From a virus (Duplodnaviria > Caudoviricetes), in the IMG/VR virus record IMGVR_UViG_2906610324_000001, positions 1 to 64,000 of that record: DNA of 64,000 nt; one strand, 5' to 3'. Below, one piece after another: positions 27,397-35,990 of the stretch. The translations under genes and the position numbers were made by a program. Within the stretch, counting starts at the first letter, position 1. The number at the start of each line of letters is the position of its first letter. Under the pieces are notes generated by a model that saw nothing but the letters and a program-made list of their open reading frames with translations, made no database searches and was not told the DNA's origin.

Positions 27397-27717
27397 CGAC
27401 AGATTCCTGATGCTCCACGGGAGCCCAGCCCGAAAGGCTAACGGCGGCTGACGTTACTGCATCAACATTGGATCGGGCTCCTACCTACTTTAGGGGGCAG
27501 CCAGGCAGAATCGTGCCGCCGGGCAGGACGACAACCGACGCGACGGCTCACGCTATTCAAGGGGCAATCCGTTGTGTGGTGAGCCTTGGTGAGGTCGTCC
27601 GGCAACGTCGTCGCCAAGGCTCTCACGTAGCTTCCGTCAATCGGCGCGGAAGCGGAAGGCGTCGTAAGCGTGGAGTGGGCCGCCTCAGTCGACGGCCTTG
27701 GCCTTGCCGCAAGGCGC

Positions 27718-27963
27718 CTAGGTAAGCTTACGCCGTTCGCTCTCAGCCCTATTTGCCGCCTTGAGCTGGCCTGCGATGTAGTGGGAGATATCGCCGATCT
27801 CAGCCTGCAAGTCCGCTTCCGGGATACCTTGTTCCTTAGCAGCATCGATGAGGCGGCGGGTCAGTTCGGTGACATCCTGCGACGCGCCGACAGTCCGATA
27901 CTGTTCGATAGCGTGAACGCTATTCTCGATCCAGAAATCGACAAACTCGCGCGCCTTGCTCAT
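27718..27963 (-). CDS. DUF768-like small protein
   Basis: MSKAREFVDFWIENSV...LIDAAKEQGI; GGAGAGG SD. Confidence 0.6.
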   Translation of the reverse strand: MSKAREFVDFWIENSVHAIEQYRTVGASQDVTELTRRLIDAAKEQGIPEADLQAEIGDISHYIAGQLKAANRAESERRKLT

Positions 27964-28413
27964 CGTGCATCCTCTCCGCAAATCCCAAGACCAGTTAGCG
28001 CCGGTGAGCAAACGCAGCAAGGGCCACTCGAAGCTTCGGACGAGCCGACGTTCGGCAGTCAGCCGGAGACGCGCCTTTGGCGAAATTGATCACTTCGCAC
28101 AGTCTGCGGCGGGCGAGGCTCGATCATTTAGTCCGTTGCAGGAGGTGCTCGGGAGTGTTGGGTGCGCGAGCATGCGGGCGTTCCACGCTTGACAGGCGAG
28201 CTCATCGGCATCACGGCGCGCCTCGACCGCTCGCTCGATCAGATGCCTGACCGTGGCGCCGAACATGTACTCGCGAGATTTGGAGCCCATCTGGCTATAG
28301 AGCGCGTAAGCGAGAGCAGGAGCAAATTATCAATACGTGGGCTAACGTGTCCAGCTAGGCCCCTCGGAGTGGGGTCCAAGTTCAACGACTGACGGCAATC
28401 GAATTTCCCCGGA

Positions 28414-28929
28414 TCAGCCCCGGAGTGCCTTTTCAATGTCGGAATCGCGGGTGTTATTGACCTCGGTCGCATACCGCCGGAAGGCATCGCCGACGGCCTG
28501 GCGCAGTTGTCGATCGACGGTCTCGACATAGGTCGAATCCGTCGACTGGCCGGTGGCGCGAAACGTTCGCTGGATATCGCCGAGCTCTTCCTGTTCCGCG
28601 ATCAGCTTGTCGACGGTTCGCTTCCCGCCGAACTCGGTCTGGTACTTGACAAACGCCGATTTGCTCGCCTGCCTCACCGCCTGGTTTAGCGATGTGCGAT
28701 CGGTGCATTCCGCGAAGTAATTCAGCAGCGATCGCAGTTCGGGTTCGCTCATGCGAGCAATCTCGGTGCGAGCGGCGCGGATCGACTCTTCGGACGGCTG
28801 CGCGGCTTCAACCCGCGCGGCGGCGCCAAGACTGATCAGGATAATCGCGGCGAGGGTGTATCTCGAGGTTGAACCCGCGGCCGCCCTGGCGACGGCACCG
28901 CGAGCAGAACAGGCGCTGCCCAAGCTCAT
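28414..28929 (-). CDS. Putative exported protein (start uncertain)
   Basis: Signal-peptide-like AAIILISLGAAARVEAA followed by a helical domain. Confidence 0.45.
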   Translation of the reverse strand: MSLGSACSARGAVARAAAGSTSRYTLAAIILISLGAAARVEAAQPSEESIRAARTEIARMSEPELRSLLNYFAECTDRTSLNQAVRQASKSAFVKYQTEFGGKRTVDKLIAEQEELGDIQRTFRATGQSTDSTYVETVDRQLRQAVGDAFRRYATEVNNTRDSDIEKALRG

Positions 28930-29131
28930 CGATTGTGGTCTCTGATGGAATCCGGAAGTGCTGGAGATCTTCGCACGCCCAGACGACGGCGTGACCGCAG
29001 TCTGAACACAGGATTTGAAGGAAAGGCTCGGAAGTGACGGATTTTGCAGTGTTTTGACGCCGTATCGCTCTCGCTCGTGACGATGTATGTCGGCAACATT
29101 GAATCTTTCCGAGCACGAGTCGAATCCACAA
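28808..29131 (-). CDS. Zinc-ribbon protein downstream of cI
   Basis: CSDCGH...LFCSRC; start uncertain. Confidence 0.5.
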   Translation of the reverse strand: MWIRLVLGKIQCCRHTSSRARAIRRQNTAKSVTSEPFLQILCSDCGHAVVWACEDLQHFRIPSETTIDELGQRLFCSRCRRQGGRGFNLEIHPRRDYPDQSWRRRAG

Positions 29132-29141
29132 GATGTGGTGG

Positions 29142-29876
29142 TTAGTTGAACTCGACGCCTACAATGCGATGAATGCTTTCAACCAGGTCCGCGGCAAAAC
29201 GCATCTGCCTGGCAGGGTTCAACTGCTCAAGGACCAGTTCCTTCTTCGAGAACGACACGAACTTCTTCGCATAGCCATCGAATTCGCCCTCAACTTCCGT
29301 ACGGATCTGCACGACAACGAAATGTCCGCGCCGATACGGCAGCTTTGGATTGACGTACAGCTTGTAGCCATCCTCGATGGCAGGCGACATTGAATCTCCG
29401 CTCTGCTCCACGCAGTAAGCCTCGGCGACAGCCTCGAGGCTCGGCGGGCGGAGAATCTCCCCAACCTTTTCCCCGTTCAAAACGAACTTCCCTTCGCGCC
29501 CCCCAGCGGCTCGCCCATAGATTGGTAGAGGAGACCGTGGGTATTTTATTTCTGATTGTTCGCTCGTAACGTTTGCGGGCACAGGGTTTTCGTCAAGACC
29601 TCCTAAGGTCGCTGAAACTTTATGGTTACCGCTAGTTGCGTCGCCATCGCGCAGCCACTGCACCGTCACGCCGAGAGCGTTGGCCAATTGCGACATCGTC
29701 TGACCGCGGGGCTGTTCCACCGGCTTCTGCTTGGTTGAGATCTTCTCGTAGCTGTAGATGCGCTCACGCATCACGGCGATCGCATCGGCGTCATCGCCGA
29801 CGATCAATCGAGCGAGCTGCGGAACCGAGTAGCCCTTCGCTCGGCGAGCCGATTTTAGCCTGTGGTTCCAGAGCAT
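29142..29876 (-). CDS. cI: CI-like repressor (XRE HTH plus S24 peptidase)
   Basis: RLKSARRAKGYS..QLA HTH, AAG cleavage site, GDSMSP catalytic Ser, AKK catalytic Lys. Confidence 0.92.
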   Translation of the reverse strand: MLWNHRLKSARRAKGYSVPQLARLIVGDDADAIAVMRERIYSYEKISTKQKPVEQPRGQTMSQLANALGVTVQWLRDGDATSGNHKVSATLGGLDENPVPANVTSEQSEIKYPRSPLPIYGRAAGGREGKFVLNGEKVGEILRPPSLEAVAEAYCVEQSGDSMSPAIEDGYKLYVNPKLPYRRGHFVVVQIRTEVEGEFDGYAKKFVSFSKKELVLEQLNPARQMRFAADLVESIHRIVGVEFN

Positions 29877-29937
29877 GGGGGTGGCGTTCAAGCTAACTCT
29901 CTCAGCCGAAGGGATTCTTTCCCCGCCAGCATAGGAA

Positions 29938-29999
29938 CTGGAATTATTTTCGGAATGGAATTCGGATGCCTTGCGCCCGGAATTAAATTCCAGTAAATT
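29938..29999 (+). promoter_or_regulatory. OR operators and PR promoter
   Basis: TTGCGC (29971)-17 bp-TAAATT (29994), where the spacer is exactly the operator CCGGAA-TTAAA-TTCCAG; weaker copies at 29938-29954 and 29950-29966. Confidence 0.78.
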
Positions 30000-30008
30000 C
30001 CAGAAGCC

Positions 30009-30269
30009 ATGACAGATGCTTCCGCAGACACTCCGGCCGCCGATCGTCCCAAGACGGTTCCCGAAATCATCAAGTACGCCGGCGGCGCCGCGGAGATCGC
30101 GAAGGCCTCCGATGGGGCCGTCACGATCGAGGCCGTCTACAAATGGCCCAAGATCGGCATTCCGGATCGACATTGGGGCGTGATCCGCGGGCTTTGCAAC
30201 GTCACCGCTGAGGAACTCTACGCCGCCAACGTCGCCGCGCGGACGCCCGCCGACGCCGCCAGTCGGTGA
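30009..30269 (+). CDS. cro: Cro-like regulator
   Basis: Divergent from cI; GGAAEIAK...EAVYKW...GIP. Confidence 0.8.
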   Translation: MTDASADTPAADRPKTVPEIIKYAGGAAEIAKASDGAVTIEAVYKWPKIGIPDRHWGVIRGLCNVTAEELYAANVAARTPADAASR

Positions 30270-30277
30270 GGGCGCCA

Positions 30278-30619
30278 TCATGACACCCCGCCGATCACAG
30301 TCTTCAGCGTCGCGGCCTTTCTCGACAACCTCGTTGCCTGGTCGATCAGTTCGGGTGTCCGGATCGCCCAGTGAGTTTCGGTCCTTCCCGAAGCGTGCAG
30401 CAACAATCGCTCCGATAGGCGGTCGAGCATGACCGCGGCACAGCTCCGGTGCACGAGCCCGGCATCGATCAGCATCTGCAGCATCGCATCGAAGCATTCT
30501 TCTGCAATCAGCATTCGTGTTCCGGCCAGGGCGGCGCGCGCCCAGTCGTCATCTTTGTCAGGCGTCGGCAGCGCGGCCACGCTCAAATTTTGTTTGTGAA
30601 AGAAGGGAGCATTCATCAT
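30278..30619 (-). CDS. Hypothetical protein oriented against the PR operon
   Basis: MMNAPFF... ORF fills the gap between cro and the next gene. Confidence 0.45.
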   Translation of the reverse strand: MMNAPFFHKQNLSVAALPTPDKDDDWARAALAGTRMLIAEECFDAMLQMLIDAGLVHRSCAAVMLDRLSERLLLHASGRTETHWAIRTPELIDQATRLSRKAATLKTVIGGVS

Positions 30620-31067
30620 GGGAACAGCATCGCTTGCCGCTTCGATCAATGCAAACACCCACGCTGCACGTTCGGACAGTTCGAAATGCACAAACGTGCG
30701 GTCGATGAAAATGACCGCCGAAATCATTCGTATTTCGCAGAACGGCGCCAATCGCGGCAGTATGCGGAAGCTGCTCGCCGAGCTCGCGCACTGCTCGCTA
30801 CGGACCATCGACAACTGGATCTCGAAGGATCGCTCGATCCAGTTCGAGCAGTTCTTCAATTTGCTGGACCGGACTGAGAGCGCTGAGGGCACCGCATACT
30901 TCGAAGCGATGTGGGAGCAGGTGCCGCAGCGTGTCCGCGATCGATTTTTCGAAGCCGAGGCGCTGCGCCGCACTCTCGCGGATCGCCAGCGCCAGCGTGA
31001 GATCGAGGATCGTGACGCCCAGGCGCGTTTGCGCCAACTCAACATGGACCTCAACGCCTCGAAGTGA
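30618..31067 (+). CDS. HTH protein in the CII position
   Basis: LAELAHCSLRTIDNW HTH. Confidence 0.65.
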   Translation: MGTASLAASINANTHAARSDSSKCTNVRSMKMTAEIIRISQNGANRGSMRKLLAELAHCSLRTIDNWISKDRSIQFEQFFNLLDRTESAEGTAYFEAMWEQVPQRVRDRFFEAEALRRTLADRQRQREIEDRDAQARLRQLNMDLNASK

Positions 31068-31312
31068 CGGTACGGGCCGCGCGGGACCGCGGCACCATCT
31101 CAAGCTTGGAATTCTTCGTGACCAACCTTCTATCCATCACGGCCGTCGCTATAGCTCGCGCGTGCATCAAGCTCTCCGATTTCCATCGCGTCCGTCGGGA
31201 CGTTTGGATCGACCACGCCGAGTTCTGGTCTGACTTCAACAGGTGGCTGCGCCTCGGTGGAGCCAAGCCGTTCACCGATATCCGCGCTGACCGGAAGGCA
31301 AGGAACTCATGA
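31064..31312 (+). CDS. Hypothetical protein
   Basis: Coupled ORF. Confidence 0.45.
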   Translation: MTVRAARDRGTISSLEFFVTNLLSITAVAIARACIKLSDFHRVRRDVWIDHAEFWSDFNRWLRLGGAKPFTDIRADRKARNS

Positions 31313-31920
31313 TCGGACGTGTTTACTTCGTGGAGTCCAACGGTCGCATCAAGATCGGGTATTCACGGAATGTCGAGGGGCGCGTCCGCGAGATGCAGGT
31401 GGGTTCTTCCGCCCGCCTGAACCTCCTGTGTGACGTATCCGGCAGTCGGTCGTTCGAGCGCGCTATCCATCTCGCGCTAGCAGCGCACAGGAAGAAGGGA
31501 GAGTGGTTCGACGATTGCAAGGAGGTTCGCGACACAATTGCGAACATCCAGCGGTCTGGTTACGCAGCAATCGGGTTTACCGACGAGCCGGATGTCAACG
31601 AGACCTCACTGAGTCCGGCGAAGAAGGTCACTCGCGCCATCGTCAGGCAGGCTAAGGTATTCAGAACGAGAAAGGAGTTCGCTGACGCGGTTGGCTGTGC
31701 AAAGAGCACGGTAGACAATTGGAAGTCCGGGAAGCGCTCGATCGATATCGATGCCGTCATGCGGTTATTCGATACCGAGCACGATGTCGAGTTTTTCGAG
31801 GCGCTCTGGAATTGCTTGCCTGAGCGGGTACGCGAGCGGTGGCTAGCTCGGCACCGTGCCAATCCAGTTTACGACGGCATCTATGTCCGCCGCACCGAGC
31901 TTCAGGTGCCAGCGCGATGA
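31309..31920 (+). CDS. GIY-YIG (T5orf172/MUG113-like) domain fused to an HTH
   Basis: VYFV...IKIGYS..VEGR..EMQ, E...H, GEWF; C-terminal HTH. Confidence 0.8.
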   Translation: MIGRVYFVESNGRIKIGYSRNVEGRVREMQVGSSARLNLLCDVSGSRSFERAIHLALAAHRKKGEWFDDCKEVRDTIANIQRSGYAAIGFTDEPDVNETSLSPAKKVTRAIVRQAKVFRTRKEFADAVGCAKSTVDNWKSGKRSIDIDAVMRLFDTEHDVEFFEALWNCLPERVRERWLARHRANPVYDGIYVRRTELQVPAR

Positions 31921-32513
31921 CCGTACCTCCCACCTGGTCTGAAGATCGCGTTGAACGGCTCAAGAACCTTTGGGCGTCCGGCATGTCATGCTCGCAGATC
32001 GCTGCCGAGCTCGGCAATGTCACCCGCAATGCAGTGATCGGAAAGGTCCATCGCCTTGGACTGCCTGGCAGGGCAGACGACCGAAGGGCGAAGGCCATCG
32101 AGGCGAAGCGCGCACCGCGATTGGGTTCGCCGATGCCCAAGCGCACTAAGGTTTTGCGGGCTGTTCTTTCCAATCCGAGCTCCGCGGAGGCGAAGCAGCC
32201 CGTGGACGACCCCACCGCGGGCTACGCGAGCGCATTCGACGCCAGCGTTGCAGTGGAGCGCCGCAAGGGGTTGCTGGACCTTCGCGACGGCGATTGCAAA
32301 TGGCCGATCGGCGATCCCACGACGCCTGACTTCTTCTTTTGCGGTGATCCGGCTGTGTCGGAACTGCCGTACTGCGGTCCCCATTGTCGCGCGGCCTATC
32401 AGAGCGCTGGTCAGCGCGAGACCCGCATCACGCCCGAGGAGCGCGCCCGGCGTGTCGCCTTGGGACAGCGTATGGCCGCGATGAACCGCGCGAAGAGGGC
32501 GGCAGCATCATGA
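31917..32513 (+). CDS. gcrA: GcrA cell-cycle regulator homologue
   Basis: WSEDRVERLKNLWASGMSCSQIAAELGNVTRNAVIGKVHRLGL; CKWPIGDP..FFFCG..PYCGPH. Confidence 0.92.
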   Translation: MTVPPTWSEDRVERLKNLWASGMSCSQIAAELGNVTRNAVIGKVHRLGLPGRADDRRAKAIEAKRAPRLGSPMPKRTKVLRAVLSNPSSAEAKQPVDDPTAGYASAFDASVAVERRKGLLDLRDGDCKWPIGDPTTPDFFFCGDPAVSELPYCGPHCRAAYQSAGQRETRITPEERARRVALGQRMAAMNRAKRAAAS

Positions 32514-32749
32514 AGCCAGCTGCCTCGACAATCATGAAAGACTACGCCCGCAAGGAATGCGTCGTGTCCTTGATGACGGTCGAGCATGCCGGCGGCAAAG
32601 ACGTCGCCGCCATGGTGGTTGATGCACACCTTCAGGCCATCGCCGTCTATCTCATTGGGTCGATCGGCCGTCAGAAGGCCTACAACGTCTTTGCCCGTTA
32701 CGCCGATGAGGTGATCAAGCCGACCCTGCCGGCTGGAGGCCCAGAATGA
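32510..32749 (+). CDS. Hypothetical protein
   Basis: Coupled ORF. Confidence 0.55.
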   Translation: MKPAASTIMKDYARKECVVSLMTVEHAGGKDVAAMVVDAHLQAIAVYLIGSIGRQKAYNVFARYADEVIKPTLPAGGPE

Positions 32750-33102
32750 TTGGGCTGACCAACGTCCAGGCACAGTGCGTCGAGTTCGTGCGGCACCGGA
32801 TCGATGCCTGCGGAGCCTCACCTTCATACCGTGAAATTGCAGACCATCTTGGCATTCGAGGCCGTGGCACGATCTCGCACTTGATCGACAGCATCGTGGA
32901 GCGCGGCGCGCTGTTACGGGAGCCCGGGAAGGCGCGAACGCTCAGTGTTCCTGAGCCCGGCATCGGCGACGGCCTTGTTGTCCGCCCGGTGCCGGAGGTT
33001 CGACGGGCAATCCGAGCCTACGCCAAAGAACATCGGATCTCGGAGCGCACGGCGGCCGAGGAAGCGTTGCGCGCATACTTCATGGAGCCGACTGCACCAT
33101 GA
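32746..33102 (+). CDS. LexA DNA-binding-domain protein (no peptidase domain)
   Basis: LT..Q...G.SPSYREIADHLGI...L.ERG.L.R.PGKARTL. Confidence 0.8.
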   Translation: MIGLTNVQAQCVEFVRHRIDACGASPSYREIADHLGIRGRGTISHLIDSIVERGALLREPGKARTLSVPEPGIGDGLVVRPVPEVRRAIRAYAKEHRISERTAAEEALRAYFMEPTAP

Positions 33103-33722
33103 AGGACTTCTTCTTCGACCCGCTGCCGATGTTTGGCTTCGATATCTGCATCGTCGATCCGCCGACGGAATTCGAACTCTATTCCTCAAAGGGGAACAAG
33201 AAGTCGGCGTCCGCTCAGTACGACATCTTGTCGTGGGACGAGCTTGGACAACTGCCGGTTGGTCACCTGGTTCGAAGCAATGGTGTCGTCGGTCTTTGGG
33301 CTTGTCCGCCGACCCTCGACAAGTCGATGTGGCTGCTGAAGCGCTGGGGCGCGCTCTACAAGACCGAGTTGGTTTGGCCGAAGGGGCGTGTCGGTACCGG
33401 GTACCGCGCCCGCGGGATGCACGAGTCCGTGTTGGTCGGGGTCTTCGGAAACGGAGAGCAGATCCATGATCCATTCTGGGGTGTGATCAAGGGCAAGGCC
33501 CGCGGCCATAGCCAGAAGCCTCGCGAATTCTACGAAATGATACGCGAGCGCACGCCTGGACTGGCGCGCTGCGACCTTTTCTCGCGCGAGACGCATGAGG
33601 GGTTTGTCCCCTGGGGCAACGAGGTCGGCAAATACGACGACGGCCGCCGGCCTGAGCGCCGGCAGAAGGAAAAGATAATTGCCCCGACGCCGCTGTTCGA
33701 CATGCTCGAGGTCGCGGCATGA
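33099..33722 (+). CDS. MT-A70 family adenine methyltransferase
   Basis: VDPPT, LW, HE..LVG, HSQKP, DLFSRE, WGNE. Confidence 0.85.
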   Translation: MKDFFFDPLPMFGFDICIVDPPTEFELYSSKGNKKSASAQYDILSWDELGQLPVGHLVRSNGVVGLWACPPTLDKSMWLLKRWGALYKTELVWPKGRVGTGYRARGMHESVLVGVFGNGEQIHDPFWGVIKGKARGHSQKPREFYEMIRERTPGLARCDLFSRETHEGFVPWGNEVGKYDDGRRPERRQKEKIIAPTPLFDMLEVAA

Positions 33723-34600
33723 GGGCGCGCACTATCGACCACGACCAGGTGAGGGCGCTGCACGCGGAGAACCTGACCGTTCCGCAGATCAAGGCACGCG
33801 TCGGCGGATCGCCAGCCTATCTCCGCCTCATCATCAAGGGGAAGGTCGGCATCAAACCGACGAACATTTCGCGGCAGTCCGCACTGTCGCTGGCCGGTCG
33901 ACCCGCGAGGATCCCAGCGTTTGACACTCCCGCGATCGTGGAGGGGCGGACGGTCTATCGTTCGACCGTGGTCGACCCGGGGTCATACGCTTTTGACGTC
34001 CTCAAGAGCGGCTTCAATAGCTCGAAGATCGGCAAGGTCGTCACCAAGGGCCGCTGGAAAGGCTTCCCGATCTACACCCTGACGCTCGAGGAGCGCGCGA
34101 CGTGCCCGCTATCCTGCCGGCATTGGCGTTCCTGCTACGGCAATTCAATGCAGCACGCGCACCGGCTCGCCCGCGGCGCCGCGCTGGAGGCCCGGCTGGA
34201 GCAGGAGGTCCGAGCGCTCGGCCGCAGGCATCGCCGCGGTTTCGTGGTGCGGCTTCACGTCCTGGGTGACTTCTATTCGGTTGCGTATGTCGCGCTTTGG
34301 CAGCGTCTCCTCGCCGAAGTGCCGCAGTTGCACGTCTTCGGTTTCTCTGCGCGCTGGGATGCCGAGCGCGATCCTATCGCCGCGGCGCTCGTACGCCTGG
34401 TGTTGGCGAAATGGATTCGCTTTGCCATCCGTTTCTCCGATGCCCCGATCGACGAATGCTCGACCGTATCGGTTGAGACGCCGCTGCAGGCACCAGCGGA
34501 AGCGATCGTTTGCCCTCAGCAGCTCGGCCGGACCGAGGCATGCGCGACTTGCGGCCTCTGCTGGCAATCGAAAAGGCCCGTCGCCTTCATCACCCACTGA
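33719..34600 (+). CDS. Gp88-like Fe-S/Cys-rich phage protein with an N-terminal HTH
   Basis: TCPLSC....CY, RLHVLGDF, CPQQ....CATCGLCW. Confidence 0.6.
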   Translation: MRARTIDHDQVRALHAENLTVPQIKARVGGSPAYLRLIIKGKVGIKPTNISRQSALSLAGRPARIPAFDTPAIVEGRTVYRSTVVDPGSYAFDVLKSGFNSSKIGKVVTKGRWKGFPIYTLTLEERATCPLSCRHWRSCYGNSMQHAHRLARGAALEARLEQEVRALGRRHRRGFVVRLHVLGDFYSVAYVALWQRLLAEVPQLHVFGFSARWDAERDPIAAALVRLVLAKWIRFAIRFSDAPIDECSTVSVETPLQAPAEAIVCPQQLGRTEACATCGLCWQSKRPVAFITH

Positions 34601-34617
34601 CAACGAGAGGAACCCCA

Positions 34618-35178
34618 ATGTCGAAGCCCAACGAACCTGCCCAAGCCGCCCTCGATTCCGCGAACCTTTCACGTATTCGCAACGCGCAGGCAGAAGCTGC
34701 CGCGCAGAACGAGGTCAATAACACCGCGAAGAATAAGTTGCGCGGGACATACGCCCAGACCCAGGCGCAAGGCCTGCATAACGAAGCTGCCAAGCTGGCG
34801 CTGGAGCTCGTCGAGGGCGGTGACGAAGCCATCGACGCGTTCTGCGAGAAGGTCAGCAAGGCCGGCGTTTACGTCGGGTACCTCGGCAAGGTGCTCAGCC
34901 CGAGGCAGTTCGAACTGTTCGGCATGGCCGGCGTCGGCCCGACGCCCGAGGACGAGAGGGCAAAGCTGGAGGGCCGCGCCGCCGGCTTCCGTCTCGATAG
35001 CGAGCCCGGCTCCAAGGAAACCGACAACCCGTACGAAATCGGCTCGCTCAAGGGGCAGGCATGGCTTTCCGCGTTCCGCGATGCGCGCTCTGAGCGCGAT
35101 CACGTCCTGTCGATGCCGGCGCCGGTGACCGAAGGCGAGAGAGCCGGAAGCGGCGATGACGAAGAAGGCAAAGCCTAA
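34618..35178 (+). CDS. Hypothetical protein; GapR/DUF2312-like N-terminal part and RMF-like NPY..W motif
   Basis: LRGTYAQ..AQGL..EAAK; NPYEIGS.KGQAWL. Confidence 0.4.
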   Translation: MSKPNEPAQAALDSANLSRIRNAQAEAAAQNEVNNTAKNKLRGTYAQTQAQGLHNEAAKLALELVEGGDEAIDAFCEKVSKAGVYVGYLGKVLSPRQFELFGMAGVGPTPEDERAKLEGRAAGFRLDSEPGSKETDNPYEIGSLKGQAWLSAFRDARSERDHVLSMPAPVTEGERAGSGDDEEGKA

Positions 35179-35223
35179 TCGAGACCCGCAGCAATTCCGC
35201 TGCCGGAAACAAGAGGACAGAGA

Positions 35224-35412
35224 ATGAAGCGCAAACCGTTTCTCTACGAACTGAGCAATGCCGTGAAGATGGTCGAAAGCAACGAAGAGGGCACCGTCAT
35301 CGGCCGTGCCGAGTATCAGGACCACATCAATAGTTACTTGGTCCGGTACCGCGCCGGCGACGGCCGCCAGGTCGAGAACTGGTTCGACGAAACCGCGATC
35401 AAGGCTGCCTGA
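35224..35412 (+). CDS. Small hypothetical phage protein
   Basis: GAGG SD; G.VIGRAEY....YLVRY. Confidence 0.7.
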   Translation: MKRKPFLYELSNAVKMVESNEEGTVIGRAEYQDHINSYLVRYRAGDGRQVENWFDETAIKAA

Positions 35413-35417
35413 TCGCG

Positions 35418-35990
35418 ATGAAGATCCTGGGCTTAGATATCGCAACGACAACGGGCATCGCGCTGCTCGACGGCGATCGCTATGTCTTTGCCCGGGCCTT
35501 CCATTGGGAAGGCAAGAATTCGGGGCAGGTGTTCCGGCATTTCCGGAAGACGCTCTACCAGATCATCAAGGACAACGCGGTCAACTACGTGGCCGCGGAG
35601 GAACCGCTCCGCACCGACATCGAGCTCAAGGGCAAGCCGACCGAGGAGAACCCGGAGCCGGAGTCGACCCGGCCGCCGATGAAGACGTTCCTGCGGATCT
35701 ACGGTCTGTGCGCGATCGCCCAGGAGACCTGCGCCGCCCATGACGTCCCGTTCATCTACGTCAATCAGGGGACTTGGCGAAAGGCCTTCACCGGCTCCGG
35801 GCGGGCGACGAAGGACACGTCGCTCGGCTTTGCTCAACTGATCGACAAGACCATCACCTCTTACGACGCTGCCGAAAGCCTCGGTGTGGCCTGGTGGCTT
35901 CGCGGCCACCTCGATCCGCGCTTCGCCGCGCCGCGTGGCGATCTCTTCGAACCGACACTCACCCCATCTCGAAAGGAGACCCCGTTTTGA
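35418..35990 (+). CDS. RuvC-like Holliday junction resolvase
   Basis: ILGLDIATTTG, EE, TWRKAFTGSGRATK, DAAES. Confidence 0.8.
   Translation: MKILGLDIATTTGIALLDGDRYVFARAFHWEGKNSGQVFRHFRKTLYQIIKDNAVNYVAAEEPLRTDIELKGKPTEENPEPESTRPPMKTFLRIYGLCAIAQETCAAHDVPFIYVNQGTWRKAFTGSGRATKDTSLGFAQLIDKTITSYDAAESLGVAWWLRGHLDPRFAAPRGDLFEPTLTPSRKETPF

Noticed and set aside
29983-29997. Possible CtrA box TTAA-N7-TAAA at PR
   Set aside because: One mismatch, and fully explained by the overlapping CI operator and -10 element; it would need a binding assay.
29877-30497. N-terminal extension of cI to 451 aa in the ORF track
   Set aside because: It would run across the operators and cro; the HTH begins right after the ATG at 29876.
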